A DNA stretch of 64,000 nucleotides from an uncultured Methanosarcinales archaeon (GCA_964566535.1 CAZMIO010000001.1:1-64000); one strand, 5' to 3'; shown: positions 21,654 through 32,316, numbered from the stretch's first letter. A program made the numbers and translations. The notes: generated from the letters alone by a model not told the origin.

Positions 21654-21964
21654 TAGGGGCAATAATAACTTTAATCTTTTCTGTAATTTTGATAGCTGTT
21701 GGAGTTGTGCTTTCTGTTTCGCTTGTATTTATTGCTGCTGGGGTTCCTATGATTCTTTTTGGAGTGTTTTTGTTGGTTGTGAGTATCTTAAATTTAGTTT
21801 TTGGAACTATTGGAGGAGTTTTTTCAATATTGAGGTGGCCTTTTAGTAAGTCTAAGGGAGAGAAGTTGAAGATTAAGGAACTGAAAGTTAAAGAGAAGGA
21901 AGAAAAGAAAAAGGAGAAGAAGAAAGTTGTTGATGTTAGTGAGGAAGACGGTGTTTACAGTTAA
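21650..21964 (+). CDS. Small membrane protein with Lys/Glu tail
   Basis: Two TM helices; ATGA overlap with pyrK. Confidence 0.7.
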   Translation: MIGAIITLIFSVILIAVGVVLSVSLVFIAAGVPMILFGVFLLVVSILNLVFGTIGGVFSILRWPFSKSKGEKLKIKELKVKEKEEKKKEKKKVVDVSEEDGVYS

Positions 21965-22007
21965 TTCTTTAGATAAATATTTAAATTGAAATATTAATAG
22001 TTGAATT

Positions 22008-25000
22008 ATGCGTTTTTGGAGGAAGAAAAAAAGAGGAGAATCCAAGGTAGACGTTTCTCAGGTAAGACATCATAGGACTGAGATAGCTAAACCTAGTTCT
22101 TATGAAGAGCTTCTTAACTTAGTTAGATTGGTTAGTGAGATGCAGAATGAGAAGCTTGCTATCTTGTCTGGTTTAAAGGAGATATGGGATAGAGATCCTA
22201 AAGAAGGAGAAGAACTAGTTAAAAGAAGGTATCCTCAGATTCAACGTAATCAGTTAAAATGTATTTCTTACTTAAAAGAATCTTTAGATTCGAATTCTGG
22301 AAATAGTATCTTCTTGATGGCTTTTTCAAGTATCGAGGGTATTGATGGAGACGATTATATCAAATATTTTGATTTCAGCGAACTTTCAGTTAGGTTACAG
22401 GAGTTAACTAAAACAATCGAAACTATAGAGAAAAGGATGCAGGGGAACTTGGATTTATTTGATGATTCGAATGAGATGAAGCTTATTACTGAACTAGATA
22501 AAATAACTGCTAGTGAAGTAACTCATTCTAATATTTTAGGTACTCGTAATAGGGCAACTATTCTTGAAACAACTTTCAATAATCTTAGTGGGCGGGCTTT
22601 GGAGATAGTTAGGAATGGGTTGATTGATGCTCGGGCAAGGTTTCTTGTAGAATTAATTGAAGGATTTAGTGAATTTTTGGAGTTTGTCAGAAATATTGCA
22701 GAGAATATTGAAGTCTTTAAGCTGAATGAAGCAGATCATGGTCATTTTAAGAAGATTCTTGAAAGAATACTTGAGTATTGTGGAGCTTGTCATGGAAGTA
22801 TTGAGAACCTTCAGATTAAGGTGATCTATAATGTATATAAGGAAGTGATTGAAGAAGGTTATAAGATGAATTGGAGCAATCTTCATACTGCTTTGAGTAG
22901 GGTCCAATTGACTAATGGGATTAGAGAATTTTCGCATGATAGGCTTGTTGATTTAGCTAGGATTTTGGAATTGGTAGGTGATTTTAGTACAAATATCGAA
23001 TTATTAGTTCAGATAGCCAAGGTAATAAATAGCAAGCTTCTTATTGAGTATTTTGGCAAGGGAGATTATGAGAAAATATTACGTTCTACCTATTATTGGG
23101 CGAAGGATGGTGGAGATGTAGTAGGTTTTGGTCTGACGAGATACGTGTCTTATATGAGGAAGTTGAAGGAAGACGGTTTACTGGAACAGGGATACGATTC
23201 TTTTAAATTATACCGATTTATTGAAGCTGCAAAGAGAATAGGGCGAATAAATTTAATGACTTATGAAAATGTTAGGAGTTTGATTGTCTTTGGTAATAAG
23301 TTGTATTCATCTGGTGTTAGGTCTGAAGATATTATTAAACATTTTGATCTTTCAATTTTCTTATGTATTTCTAATGATTTTGAAAGCTTGATTGATGGTA
23401 TAAGTTCGTCAGATTATACTCAAATAGTTAAAGGTCTATATTTTTGGAAAGAAAAAGGAGGAACACCAGAATGGTTTGATGCAAGGGTTCTTTTTAGTAG
23501 ATTGAATGTTTGTATTAGTGAAGGTATTATAACGGAAACTTCATCAGATAATTCTTTAATTAGATTTTTAGTTAGTGCTCAGAAGATGGGCATATTTAGA
23601 AGTTTAGACGCACATCTGTTTGATAATCTTATTGAACTTTCTGTATTTTTTATTTCATTGGATGATCTTACTTATGAGAAGGGGATGGAAAACTTACCCG
23701 AATGGGGTTATTATGTAATTAAGCAATATAATGTAAAGGGAGAAATTGAAAAGGTTGGAAAAGAGCAGTTTGAATTAATATTGAGGACTTTGCTTGAAAT
23801 GTTTACTAAATATGGTCATGTAGAAAATGCAAGAAACCCTGCAGAGGTTCTTGATTTGATCATTGCTGTTGACAAAGAAGGAAATTTCCTTCAAAACAAA
23901 CGTGATTTTTATATGATATACTGGTTTATTGAAGAGTTATTCCATTCTGGAGTGGTTCAAGCATGGAATTTGGAGACTACCGAGATAGTCTCTTTGATTA
24001 ATGAAGTAAAAAGAACGTTTGAGGGAAATACAAAGAGTGTACTTTGTATAGCATTATTTTCTATGATTAGTGCTGGTTTAATGAATGGTAAGGCTGATAA
24101 GGAACCATTGAAATTTCTTAAGTCTGTTAGAGACATCTTAGGTGTGAGACTCTTTAATCCATTCTGTTCTTCATTTTATGACCCTACTACTATAAATACG
24201 ATCAAAGGGATGGGTTTTGGTGGAGTTATTAGATTTATCAGAGCGTGGCCTGGAGAAATTAGACCTTTGATGTTTCCTGGAATCTTGAACTATTTAATTA
24301 AAAAAGGAATTATTAGTGGGAATGGGTGGAGCAAAACTTTAAATTTCTTAAATCTACTTTATGAAGAATGTTCTCCTGACCTTAGAAGTGTTTTTTTTGC
24401 CATTAACTTTTATCGTGTTCCGGATGAGTTCTTGCAAAATCTAAATATTGAGGGTTATATGCTCTATCTTAAAAAGAGGGGTGCTGATTATGCAACAGTA
24501 GAAAGTGAAATTAATGTAGGTAGAGTTACTATTCATACTACAAGTGCATACGCAGGAGGCGATGCAAGGGAAGAGGGAGATGAGGATAGGCAGGATAGTT
24601 ATAATAATATCATAAATTGTATAGAACATCAAGGAGATTTTCCTTTGAGTGGCTCGACTGTTAAGCTAGGTGGTCATTCATCAGTTACAATGGGACACAC
24701 AATTGGACTTAGAGAACAAAGTAGTATTGGGGTTATTTTTAGTGGAGGTTACATGTATGAGGCTCATTCACAGGATGTTGGAAGCGTATCTCATAGGGGG
24801 AAAAGATCTGGAAAATCATATAGAACTGGTAGATGGGATTTTAAAGAGAGAAAATCAGGCTATTTTGGTAAATCTACTTATAAGCATGAAACATACCCAG
24901 AGTATGATTTAGAATATAGGAGGAAATCAATTGCTGAAGCTGGTGTTTATAATGAATTGCTGCTTAGGGGATGGACTGTGGCAGGGATATTCTTTGATGG

Positions 25001-25208
25001 AAGGGTTGAGGGTATAGATCCACTTATACTCAAGAAGCTTATTGAGATATCGAAAAAACTTTCTAATAGGGAGTATCCAAATCCAGAATACCTTAATAGA
25101 AAAGATAAAAAGGAGATTCCTAAAAAAATTAAAAGAGTATTCCCTATTTATGAATTTGGGGATGGGGGTGAATTTGGGAAATTTGCAGTTAAGGTTTTTG
25201 AACCGTAA
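22008..25208 (+). CDS. Large orphan protein (1066 aa): helical body and distinct C-terminal domain
   Basis: Long ORF with own TATA-like box (TTTAAA near 21981); interrupts the pyr cluster. Confidence 0.85.
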   Translation: MRFWRKKKRGESKVDVSQVRHHRTEIAKPSSYEELLNLVRLVSEMQNEKLAILSGLKEIWDRDPKEGEELVKRRYPQIQRNQLKCISYLKESLDSNSGNSIFLMAFSSIEGIDGDDYIKYFDFSELSVRLQELTKTIETIEKRMQGNLDLFDDSNEMKLITELDKITASEVTHSNILGTRNRATILETTFNNLSGRALEIVRNGLIDARARFLVELIEGFSEFLEFVRNIAENIEVFKLNEADHGHFKKILERILEYCGACHGSIENLQIKVIYNVYKEVIEEGYKMNWSNLHTALSRVQLTNGIREFSHDRLVDLARILELVGDFSTNIELLVQIAKVINSKLLIEYFGKGDYEKILRSTYYWAKDGGDVVGFGLTRYVSYMRKLKEDGLLEQGYDSFKLYRFIEAAKRIGRINLMTYENVRSLIVFGNKLYSSGVRSEDIIKHFDLSIFLCISNDFESLIDGISSSDYTQIVKGLYFWKEKGGTPEWFDARVLFSRLNVCISEGIITETSSDNSLIRFLVSAQKMGIFRSLDAHLFDNLIELSVFFISLDDLTYEKGMENLPEWGYYVIKQYNVKGEIEKVGKEQFELILRTLLEMFTKYGHVENARNPAEVLDLIIAVDKEGNFLQNKRDFYMIYWFIEELFHSGVVQAWNLETTEIVSLINEVKRTFEGNTKSVLCIALFSMISAGLMNGKADKEPLKFLKSVRDILGVRLFNPFCSSFYDPTTINTIKGMGFGGVIRFIRAWPGEIRPLMFPGILNYLIKKGIISGNGWSKTLNFLNLLYEECSPDLRSVFFAINFYRVPDEFLQNLNIEGYMLYLKKRGADYATVESEINVGRVTIHTTSAYAGGDAREEGDEDRQDSYNNIINCIEHQGDFPLSGSTVKLGGHSSVTMGHTIGLREQSSIGVIFSGGYMYEAHSQDVGSVSHRGKRSGKSYRTGRWDFKERKSGYFGKSTYKHETYPEYDLEYRRKSIAEAGVYNELLLRGWTVAGIFFDGRVEGIDPLILKKLIEISKKLSNREYPNPEYLNRKDKKEIPKKIKRVFPIYEFGDGGEFGKFAVKVFEP

Positions 25209-25257
25209 ACCAAAAAACAACAAACTTTATTAAATATTAACTTTCTTGAATGAATAG

Positions 25258-26487
25258 ATGATATCAAAGCTAATAATAAACGGTAAAATACTTGAGAATG
25301 GAGAGTTAGTAGAGAAAAATATTCTAATTGAGAATCATAAGATAAGGGAGCTAATTGATGATCAGGTTACTGTTGATGAGATTATTGATGTTAAGGGGAA
25401 GATCATATTACCTGGTTTGATTGATTGTCACGTTCATATGAGGGAGCCGGGGTTTACTGAGAAAGAGGATTTCTTTACTGGTTCTAAGGCTGCTGCGATT
25501 GGCGGGATTACTACTTTTTTGGATATGCCTAATAATAAGCCGCCGATTGTAACTGTTGAGGCCCTTGAGCAGAAACGGAAACTGGCTAAGAAATCTATTG
25601 TTAATTATGGTTTTCATTTTGGATCAACTCCTGATAATCTTTCTGAGATAGAGAAGGCTGAGAAAATTGCTTCAGTTAAGGTGTATATGAATGCAACAAC
25701 TGGAGATTTGCTTGTTGATAGGGATGAAAACTTAACTTCTTTGTTTAAAGCTGCTAATAGAATTAGTGTTCATGCAGAAGGTCCAGCAGTTGAAAAGGCA
25801 ATTGATATCTTTAAGAGTATCGATAATAAGAAAAAGAAATTGTACTTATGCCATGTGGCGACTGCTGAAGAGATGGAGACTATTAAGAAGAATAAGAAAG
25901 CTAATATTCATGTTGAGGTTATCCCGCACCATTTATTTCTGACTTCTGAGGATGCTAAAGATGGTTTTACTAAGATGAAGCCTAGTTTAAAGAGTAAAAC
26001 AGACCAAGATGCTTTGTGGGAAGGGATAAAGAGTGGAATAGTTAGTACGATTGCAACTGATCATGCTCCGCATACTATTTTGGAGAAACAATCTGAGAAT
26101 CCGCCATATGGTGTTCCTGGTGAAGAGACTTTATTACCATTATTATTGAATGCTGTGAATGAAGGTAAGTTGAGTTTGGCAAAGGTTGTTGAGCTTACTG
26201 CTGAGAATCCTGCTAAAATCTTTTGTTTGAAGGATAAGGGGAAGATAGAAGAAGGTTATGATGCAGATTTAGTTGTTGTTGATATGGAACTTGAAAAAGA
26301 GGTTAGGAATGAGGACCTTAAGACTAAATGTAAATGGAGTTCATTTAATGGTCGGAAGCTGAAAGGATGGCCAATAATGACGATAATAAGCGGAAAATTA
26401 ATAAATAACAACGGAATTCTGACTGATACTCATAAAGGTAGGGAGGTGGTTTATTATGAACGAAAAAGTAGCCCAAGCATTGTGTGA
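25258..26487 (+). CDS. pyrC: Dihydroorotase
   Basis: DCHVHMREPG, DMPNN, ATDHAPH. Confidence 0.95.
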   Translation: MISKLIINGKILENGELVEKNILIENHKIRELIDDQVTVDEIIDVKGKIILPGLIDCHVHMREPGFTEKEDFFTGSKAAAIGGITTFLDMPNNKPPIVTVEALEQKRKLAKKSIVNYGFHFGSTPDNLSEIEKAEKIASVKVYMNATTGDLLVDRDENLTSLFKAANRISVHAEGPAVEKAIDIFKSIDNKKKKLYLCHVATAEEMETIKKNKKANIHVEVIPHHLFLTSEDAKDGFTKMKPSLKSKTDQDALWEGIKSGIVSTIATDHAPHTILEKQSENPPYGVPGEETLLPLLLNAVNEGKLSLAKVVELTAENPAKIFCLKDKGKIEEGYDADLVVVDMELEKEVRNEDLKTKCKWSSFNGRKLKGWPIMTIISGKLINNNGILTDTHKGREVVYYERKSSPSIV

Positions 26488-27049
26488 TGCTCAGGTTGTA
26501 AAATTTGGAAGTTTTCAACTGGCATCCGGAAGAGAGAGTCCTGTTTATATTGATTTGAGAATTTTACCTTCTTATCCTAAGGCCTTTAGAGTTGTGATGG
26601 ATGAGTTTTCTAACTTGGTTAAGGAATTGGACATTGATATTGTTGCAGGTATAGAGACTGCTGGAATTCCAATTGCGACTGCTGTTTCGGTTATTACAGA
26701 AATACCCATGGTATATGTAAGGAGAAGGCCTAAAGGTTATGGAACTCAATCGATGATTGAAGGGGTTGTTAGTAAGGATCAGAGAGCTGTCTTGATAGAT
26801 GACCTGATTACAAATGGAGCTTCAAAGACTAGGTTTATAGAAGGGATAAGGGCTGCTGGTGCAAAAGCAAATAAGGTTGCTGTTATACTTGACAGGGGTC
26901 AGGGTGGAAAAGAAGCACTTTCTAATGATGGGATTGAACTGAGCAGCTTGATAACGCTAAAAGAGTTGTTAGATTATATGAGGGAACATTCAATGGTAGA
27001 AAAAGAGAAATATGAGGAAGTACTAGGGTATTTAGAAGAAAATGTCTAA
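26456..27049 (+). CDS. pyrE: Orotate phosphoribosyltransferase
   Basis: LASGRESPVYIDLR, LIDDLITNGAS. Confidence 0.95.
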   Translation: MNEKVAQALCDAQVVKFGSFQLASGRESPVYIDLRILPSYPKAFRVVMDEFSNLVKELDIDIVAGIETAGIPIATAVSVITEIPMVYVRRRPKGYGTQSMIEGVVSKDQRAVLIDDLITNGASKTRFIEGIRAAGAKANKVAVILDRGQGGKEALSNDGIELSSLITLKELLDYMREHSMVEKEKYEEVLGYLEENV

Positions 27050-27737
27050 AATAATAAAACAAGATAGGAGTGTAATAGTTGCATGTGATGTTGGCACTAT
27101 TGAGAAATTGAAGGAATTAGTTGAAGAAACATCAAATGTTGACGGGATAGGCGGCTTTAAAATAGGGTTTAGCCTAGTTGTTCCGTTTGGTGTTGAGAAA
27201 GTTGTAAGTACAATAAATGATGTTACTGACCTTCCTATAATATATGATCATCAGAAAGCTGGAACTGACATTCCTGATTTGGCAGATACTTTTATGAAAT
27301 CTATTAGGGGAGTAAATGCTGTTATACTATTTCCACAAGCTGGACCTGAGACTGAGAAGTCATGGATAACTGCTGCAAAGAAGGCGGGTTATGGAGTTAT
27401 AGTTGGCGGAGAGATGACTCACAAAGGTTATTTGGTTGGAGATGGTGGTTTTATAGCTGATAATGCACCTGAGAGGATATATACAATTGCTTCTGCTGCT
27501 GGTGTTAACGATTTTGTAGTTCCTGGGAACAAACCTGATAGGATTAAGGAGTACAGAGAGATGTTAGAGAGGTTTAAGCCGGTGTTTTATTCTCCTGGAT
27601 TAGTTGCTCAAGGGGGTAAGCTAACTGAATCTGCTAAAGCTGCTGGTGAAAGGTGGCATGCAATTGTTGGAAGAGGGATTTATCAACAGAAGGATATGCA
27701 TAATGCTGCTAAGGAATTGGTTAAGGAGATAATTTAG
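27042..27737 (+). CDS. pyrF: Orotidine-5'-phosphate decarboxylase
   Basis: IVACD, DHQKAGTDIP, SPGLVAQGG, IVGRGIY; operon context. Confidence 0.88.
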   Translation: MSKIIKQDRSVIVACDVGTIEKLKELVEETSNVDGIGGFKIGFSLVVPFGVEKVVSTINDVTDLPIIYDHQKAGTDIPDLADTFMKSIRGVNAVILFPQAGPETEKSWITAAKKAGYGVIVGGEMTHKGYLVGDGGFIADNAPERIYTIASAAGVNDFVVPGNKPDRIKEYREMLERFKPVFYSPGLVAQGGKLTESAKAAGERWHAIVGRGIYQQKDMHNAAKELVKEII

Positions 27738-27738
27738 G

Positions 27739-27930
27739 ATGGTTAAGGACAAGAAATTGTTTAGAAGTTCTGATAATAGGATGGTTGCGGGAGTGTGTGC
27801 TGGAGTTGGAGAGTATTTTAACATTGATCCGACCGTTGTTAGAGTTGGATGGGTAATATTTACTCTACTTAGTTTTGGAGTTGGAGTTCTTGCTTATATT
27901 GCTGCTTGGATAATTATTCCTGAGAAGTGA
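27739..27930 (+). CDS. pspC: PspC-domain protein
   Basis: RMVAGVCAGVGEYFNIDPTVVR...YIAAWIIIP. Confidence 0.92.
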   Translation: MVKDKKLFRSSDNRMVAGVCAGVGEYFNIDPTVVRVGWVIFTLLSFGVGVLAYIAAWIIIPEK

Positions 27931-27932
27931 GT

Positions 27933-28631
27933 TTATCTCTTCATATAGAATTCTTTCTTGTTTTTTTCGAATCTTTCTATTGAATATCTTAACATTGTTC
28001 TTGGCATTTGTTTGTAGTGTTGGTTTAGGAATTGTTCTTCAGTTTTTAGGTCTCTTTTTCCTATTTCTCTTAACATCCAGCCAACTGCTTTGTGGATTAA
28101 GTCGTGAGGGTCGTTTAGTAGTATTTTGGCTATTTTTAGGGAGTCCTTAAAGTCATTATCTTTTATGAACCAGAATGTTGCTAAGATTGAGATTCTTTTT
28201 TCCCAAAGGTGGTTTGATTTTGCCAGTTTGTAGAGTATTGATCTGTCTTTGTCTTCAAGATAAGCCCCTACAATCTTATGTGCAGATAAATCAACTAAGT
28301 CCCAATTGTTTATGTTTTTTGTATTTTTTAGATAAAAATTGTAGATGGTTTTTTTATTCTTGTTGTCAGCTCTAGTATATTTGTGCATTAGGATGAATAA
28401 AGCGATTAATCTATGTTCATGGATTTTTGAGTTTAGCAATGATTGGATGTCTTTTAAGTTTAGATCTGTGTATTTTGCTGCTGTTTTTCTTTGTATGGGA
28501 ACCATTATTCCTAGAAATATATCTCCTTCACCATATTCGCCTTTACCTGTTTTGAAGAATCCTTGAAGGAGTTTAGCTTTTTTAGGATTTGCTAGTTTTT
28601 TTAGTTCTTGTTTTAGTTTTTCTGCTGACAT
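27933..28631 (-). CDS. DNA alkylation repair protein (AlkD-like)
   Basis: FFKTGKGEYGEGD, NNWDLVD, HKAVGWMLRE. Confidence 0.92.
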   Translation of the reverse strand: MSAEKLKQELKKLANPKKAKLLQGFFKTGKGEYGEGDIFLGIMVPIQRKTAAKYTDLNLKDIQSLLNSKIHEHRLIALFILMHKYTRADNKNKKTIYNFYLKNTKNINNWDLVDLSAHKIVGAYLEDKDRSILYKLAKSNHLWEKRISILATFWFIKDNDFKDSLKIAKILLNDPHDLIHKAVGWMLREIGKRDLKTEEQFLNQHYKQMPRTMLRYSIERFEKNKKEFYMKR

Positions 28632-28812
28632 TTTTTATTAAGATTATTATGTTGTAGATTATTGAGATAATGAATCCTAATGCACTCAATAGGCTTAATA
28701 TGAAGAATATTGCTTCTTCAACTCCGAATAGGGCGTCTACGAGATTATGCAATATTGCGAATACTATGAATGCTAGTGGTAAGAAGATTAATATTTTAAT
28801 TCTTCTTTTCAT
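28582..28812 (-). CDS. Small membrane protein
   Basis: Two TM segments; LHN...EE..FF. Confidence 0.6.
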   Translation of the reverse strand: MKRRIKILIFLPLAFIVFAILHNLVDALFGVEEAIFFILSLLSALGFIISIIYNIIILIKNVSRKTKTRTKKTSKS

Positions 28813-28895
28813 AGAGATAGATGTGATTTATAGATATTTAATGCTTTGGTTTTAATAAACAAAGATTTAAATATTGCTTTGATTTGATTAATAGT

Positions 28896-29417
28896 ATGAA
28901 AATTGGAGTTATTGGTGCTGGTAAAGATTTGCCTGAGTTGAAGTATGAATTGGCTAATGAGGTGGGTAAGGAGATTGTTAGGAATAAATGTGTTTTAGTT
29001 ACAGGTGGGTGTTTTGGTTATCCAAATGCTGCTGTTAAGGGTGCTTTGGAGGAAGGTGGTAAGACAATTGCTATTAGTCCTGCTAAGGATGAAAAGGAAC
29101 ATGTCGGTAAGTATGGTTTTCCACTTGAGCAGAGTGAGATAATTTATACTGGTCTTGGGATACCTGGAAGGAATAAGGAAGTTGTTTTGAATTCTGATGT
29201 TATTATTATGATTGGTGGTGAGATTGGGACGTTAAATGAGATGACTTATGTTTTGTATGAGAAGAAGGCGTTAGGTGTTATGTTGGGTTCAGGTGGCGTT
29301 ACAGAGGTTGTTCCGCAGATAATTGATGTTTGTAAACGGTATAAGGGGAAGAGTAAGATTGTTTATAGTGATGATCCTAAAGAATTGGTTAAGAAATTAA
29401 TAGAGGTAATTAAATAA
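28896..29417 (+). CDS. LOG/SLOG-family nucleotide-binding protein
   Basis: KIGVIG, VTGGC.G, GRN, GGEIGTLNE. Confidence 0.85.
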   Translation: MKIGVIGAGKDLPELKYELANEVGKEIVRNKCVLVTGGCFGYPNAAVKGALEEGGKTIAISPAKDEKEHVGKYGFPLEQSEIIYTGLGIPGRNKEVVLNSDVIIMIGGEIGTLNEMTYVLYEKKALGVMLGSGGVTEVVPQIIDVCKRYKGKSKIVYSDDPKELVKKLIEVIK

Positions 29418-29434
29418 ATTAATATTAAAATTTA

Positions 29435-29761
29435 TTAAACACTATTTCTATAAACTCGTGGTATTTGGGATCTGTATGATCTAAATAAGTTGAGAAAGGG
29501 TTCTGCGATTGCTTCGTACACTCTCATTTTTTGAGCTACATATGGTGGTCTTTCTACATGATATGGTTGACTCCATCGTGCAGCTTCTCCACACATATCA
29601 CCAAGAACTCCCATTCCCAGAGCTAAGATAGCTGTTTCTGTTTCCCCAGCGACAAGTCCTGCAATACCGCCAACTTTTGCAAGATCTCCTGCGACATTCA
29701 TTCCAAGTTGTATAGCTTGAGTAACAAATGCTTCTCCTCTGGTTGCTTGTAGTTTTTCCAT
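29435..29761 (-). CDS. Orphan protein with Gly/Ala-rich hydrophobic segments
   Basis: 108-aa ORF with TTTATAAA about 30 nt upstream. Confidence 0.6.
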   Translation of the reverse strand: MEKLQATRGEAFVTQAIQLGMNVAGDLAKVGGIAGLVAGETETAILALGMGVLGDMCGEAARWSQPYHVERPPYVAQKMRVYEAIAEPFLNLFRSYRSQIPRVYRNSV

Positions 29762-29944
29762 TATGTTGATGGGGAATTGGTTATTGTTTATAAATATTAT
29801 TACCGAATATTGGTATTAAATTAAAGATAATCAAAATTATAAAAATACTTTAATTCTTTATTATTAATACATATTATTTTAAATAATCTTAAAAAGATCT
29901 AATAACAAAAACATTCTTAAATAACCAAATCAAATAGATTTAAA

Positions 29945-31096
29945 ATGGAAGATTTTATTTATGAGCCATGGGAGGATAGTAAGCTGTTGGAGAAGCATGT
30001 TAAGGAACTGTCTAAAGGAGATGTTTTAGATATTGGGACTGGTTCTGGTATACAAGCTGAGGCTGCTGCTTCTAATTCTAAGGTTAAGTCGGTTCTTGCG
30101 GCCGATATTCAGAAGGAAGTTATTGTGCATTGTAAACAAACTATAAAAAATAAAAAAATAACTTTCAAAGTAAGTGATTTGTTTAAGAATGTTAAGGGTA
30201 AGTTTGACACCATTATTTTTAATCCGCCTTATCTCCCCAACGAGTTAAATCTTAAGGATATTCGGTTGGATGGTGGGAAAAAGGGTTATGAGGTTATTGG
30301 TAATTTTTTGAATTCTGTTAATGAATATTTGAAACCTGATGGTGTTGTTATGATTGTGTTTTCTTTGCTTTCTAAGAAGGATAAAGTTGATGAGTTTATA
30401 GCTAACAATATGTTGGAGTTTGAGGAACTTTCTAAGGAGCATATATTTTTTGAGGATATTTACGTTTATAAGATCTGGAAGAATGATGTATTGAAGGAAG
30501 TGGAGAAGAAAGGTGTTAGTGATGTTAAGAAGTTGACTAAGGGACATAGGGGTTTAATATACACTGGGAAGTATAAGGGTTCGAAGGTTGCAATTAAGGT
30601 TAAGAATCCAAAGTCTGAGGCAATTGGGCGGATTGTTAATGAAATAAATAATTTGAAGGTTTTGGATAAGAAAAATATCGGGCCTAAGTTGTTGTTTTGT
30701 TCTGAGGATCATTTTGTTTACAAGTTTGTTAGCGGGAAAATGATTTTGGATTATATTTCTGGAGAGGGGAAGATGAATGTGATTAAGGTTTTGAAGGATG
30801 TGTTTAATCAAATGTTTGTTTTGGATAAGTTGAAGATAAATAAAGAGGAGATGCATCATCCTTTGAAGCATGTTATTGTTGGTAGGAAGCCTGTTTTGAT
30901 TGATTTTGAGAGGGCGAATACTGCATATAAGCCCCATAATGTGACTCAATTTTGTCAGTTTGTTATGTCTAGTCATAAATTGCTATCTAGTAAAAATATT
31001 AAAGTTAGTAGGAAAGAATTGATTGAACTTTCTAAAAAATATAAAAGGAATCCTACGAAAGAGAATTTTGAGGGGATTGTTAAGTTGTTGAAATGA
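29945..31096 (+). CDS. HemK-related methyltransferase fused to a Ser/Thr kinase-like domain
   Basis: YEP.EDS, DIGTGSG, FNPPY; then KGHRG, VAIK, LIDFERA. Confidence 0.85.
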   Translation: MEDFIYEPWEDSKLLEKHVKELSKGDVLDIGTGSGIQAEAAASNSKVKSVLAADIQKEVIVHCKQTIKNKKITFKVSDLFKNVKGKFDTIIFNPPYLPNELNLKDIRLDGGKKGYEVIGNFLNSVNEYLKPDGVVMIVFSLLSKKDKVDEFIANNMLEFEELSKEHIFFEDIYVYKIWKNDVLKEVEKKGVSDVKKLTKGHRGLIYTGKYKGSKVAIKVKNPKSEAIGRIVNEINNLKVLDKKNIGPKLLFCSEDHFVYKFVSGKMILDYISGEGKMNVIKVLKDVFNQMFVLDKLKINKEEMHHPLKHVIVGRKPVLIDFERANTAYKPHNVTQFCQFVMSSHKLLSSKNIKVSRKELIELSKKYKRNPTKENFEGIVKLLK

Positions 31097-31395
31097 AGTT
31101 TAATGAGAAGGTTTTGGAGTTGTGCAAGAAGATTCCTAGGGGTAGGGTGACGACTTATAAAATAATTGCGGGAAAGCTAAAAACTAAAGCATATCGGGCA
31201 GTAGGAACTGCTCTGAAAAACAACAACCAACCAATTATTATCCCTTGCCATAGAGTTATTAACTCAAATGGAAGTTTAGGTGGTTACCAAGGAAAACTAA
31301 GTAATCCCAATAAAATAGAACTATTAAATAAAGAAGGAATTGAAATAAAAAATGATAAAATAGTAGAATTTGAAAAATGTTTACATAGATACTAA
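31093..31395 (+). CDS. ogt: O6-methylguanine DNA methyltransferase (single domain)
   Basis: IPRGRVTTY, RAVG, IPCHRV. Confidence 0.92.
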   Translation: MKFNEKVLELCKKIPRGRVTTYKIIAGKLKTKAYRAVGTALKNNNQPIIIPCHRVINSNGSLGGYQGKLSNPNKIELLNKEGIEIKNDKIVEFEKCLHRY

Positions 31396-32316
31396 TTATT
31401 TCTTTTTCTTGACTTTCTTAATATCTTTTTCAAGCTTTAGTTTGTCAAGTAGTTCTTTGTATCTGTTTCTGATTGTAACTTCAGTAACACCAGCAACATC
31501 TGCAACTTCTCTTTGAGTACGCTTTTCGCCATGTATTAAAGCTGATACGTACAAAGCAGCTGCTGCTATTCCAGTAGGGCCTCTACCAGAGGTTAATTCA
31601 GCTTTTTGAGCCTTTTCTAAGATTTCAATTGATTTTGATTGTGTTTCTGCACTTAGTTTTAGAGCTGATGCGAATCTTGCAATGTAATCGGCTGGATTGC
31701 TTGGCATTATTGTAATTCCTAGTTCTCTTGTAACGAATCTGTATGTTCTTCCAATCTCTTTCTTTTCGATGCTTGATGCTTCTGATAGTTCATCTAGTGT
31801 TCTTGGAACTTCGTGACGTCTGCAAGCGGCATATAATGCTCCTGCAACTACTGATTCCATACTTCTACCTCTTACAAGTCCCCTTTGGACTGCTAAAGTG
31901 TAGATTCTAGCTGCTTCTTCCTCTACTGATCTTGGTAATTTTAAGTATGAAGAGACTCTTTTTAGTTCTGCAAGTGCTAATTTTAGGTTTCTTTCAATAG
32001 CGGTTGAAATCCTGTACTGCCATTTTCTTAATCTGAAGAATTTATCTCTATTTTTACCGCCCATCTTAAATAAGTCGCCTTTTTGACCTACTTCTGTACC
32101 TAAACCTTGATCATATTGAGTATAAGTCATCGGAGCTCCAGTTCTACGCTTTTTGTCACTATCGTTAGCGTCAAACTCTCTCCATTCTTGCGAGAAGTCA
32201 ACCATCTTATCTTCTAGAACTAGACCACAGTCTTTACAAACTATCTCTCCTTTATCTCTATTCCAGGATAGATTTATGCCACTACACTCAGGACATTTTT
32301 TTATCATATCTGCCAT
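31396..32316 (-). CDS. tfb: Transcription initiation factor IIB
   Basis: CPEC..C..CG Zn ribbon, EWREF, GRGPTGIAAA, VTEVTIRNRYKEL. Confidence 0.98.
   Translation of the reverse strand: MADMIKKCPECSGINLSWNRDKGEIVCKDCGLVLEDKMVDFSQEWREFDANDSDKKRRTGAPMTYTQYDQGLGTEVGQKGDLFKMGGKNRDKFFRLRKWQYRISTAIERNLKLALAELKRVSSYLKLPRSVEEEAARIYTLAVQRGLVRGRSMESVVAGALYAACRRHEVPRTLDELSEASSIEKKEIGRTYRFVTRELGITIMPSNPADYIARFASALKLSAETQSKSIEILEKAQKAELTSGRGPTGIAAAALYVSALIHGEKRTQREVADVAGVTEVTIRNRYKELLDKLKLEKDIKKVKKKK

Noticed and set aside
21860..21930. AAG/GAA-rich low-complexity tract
   Set aside because: Explained by the Lys/Glu-rich coding tail.
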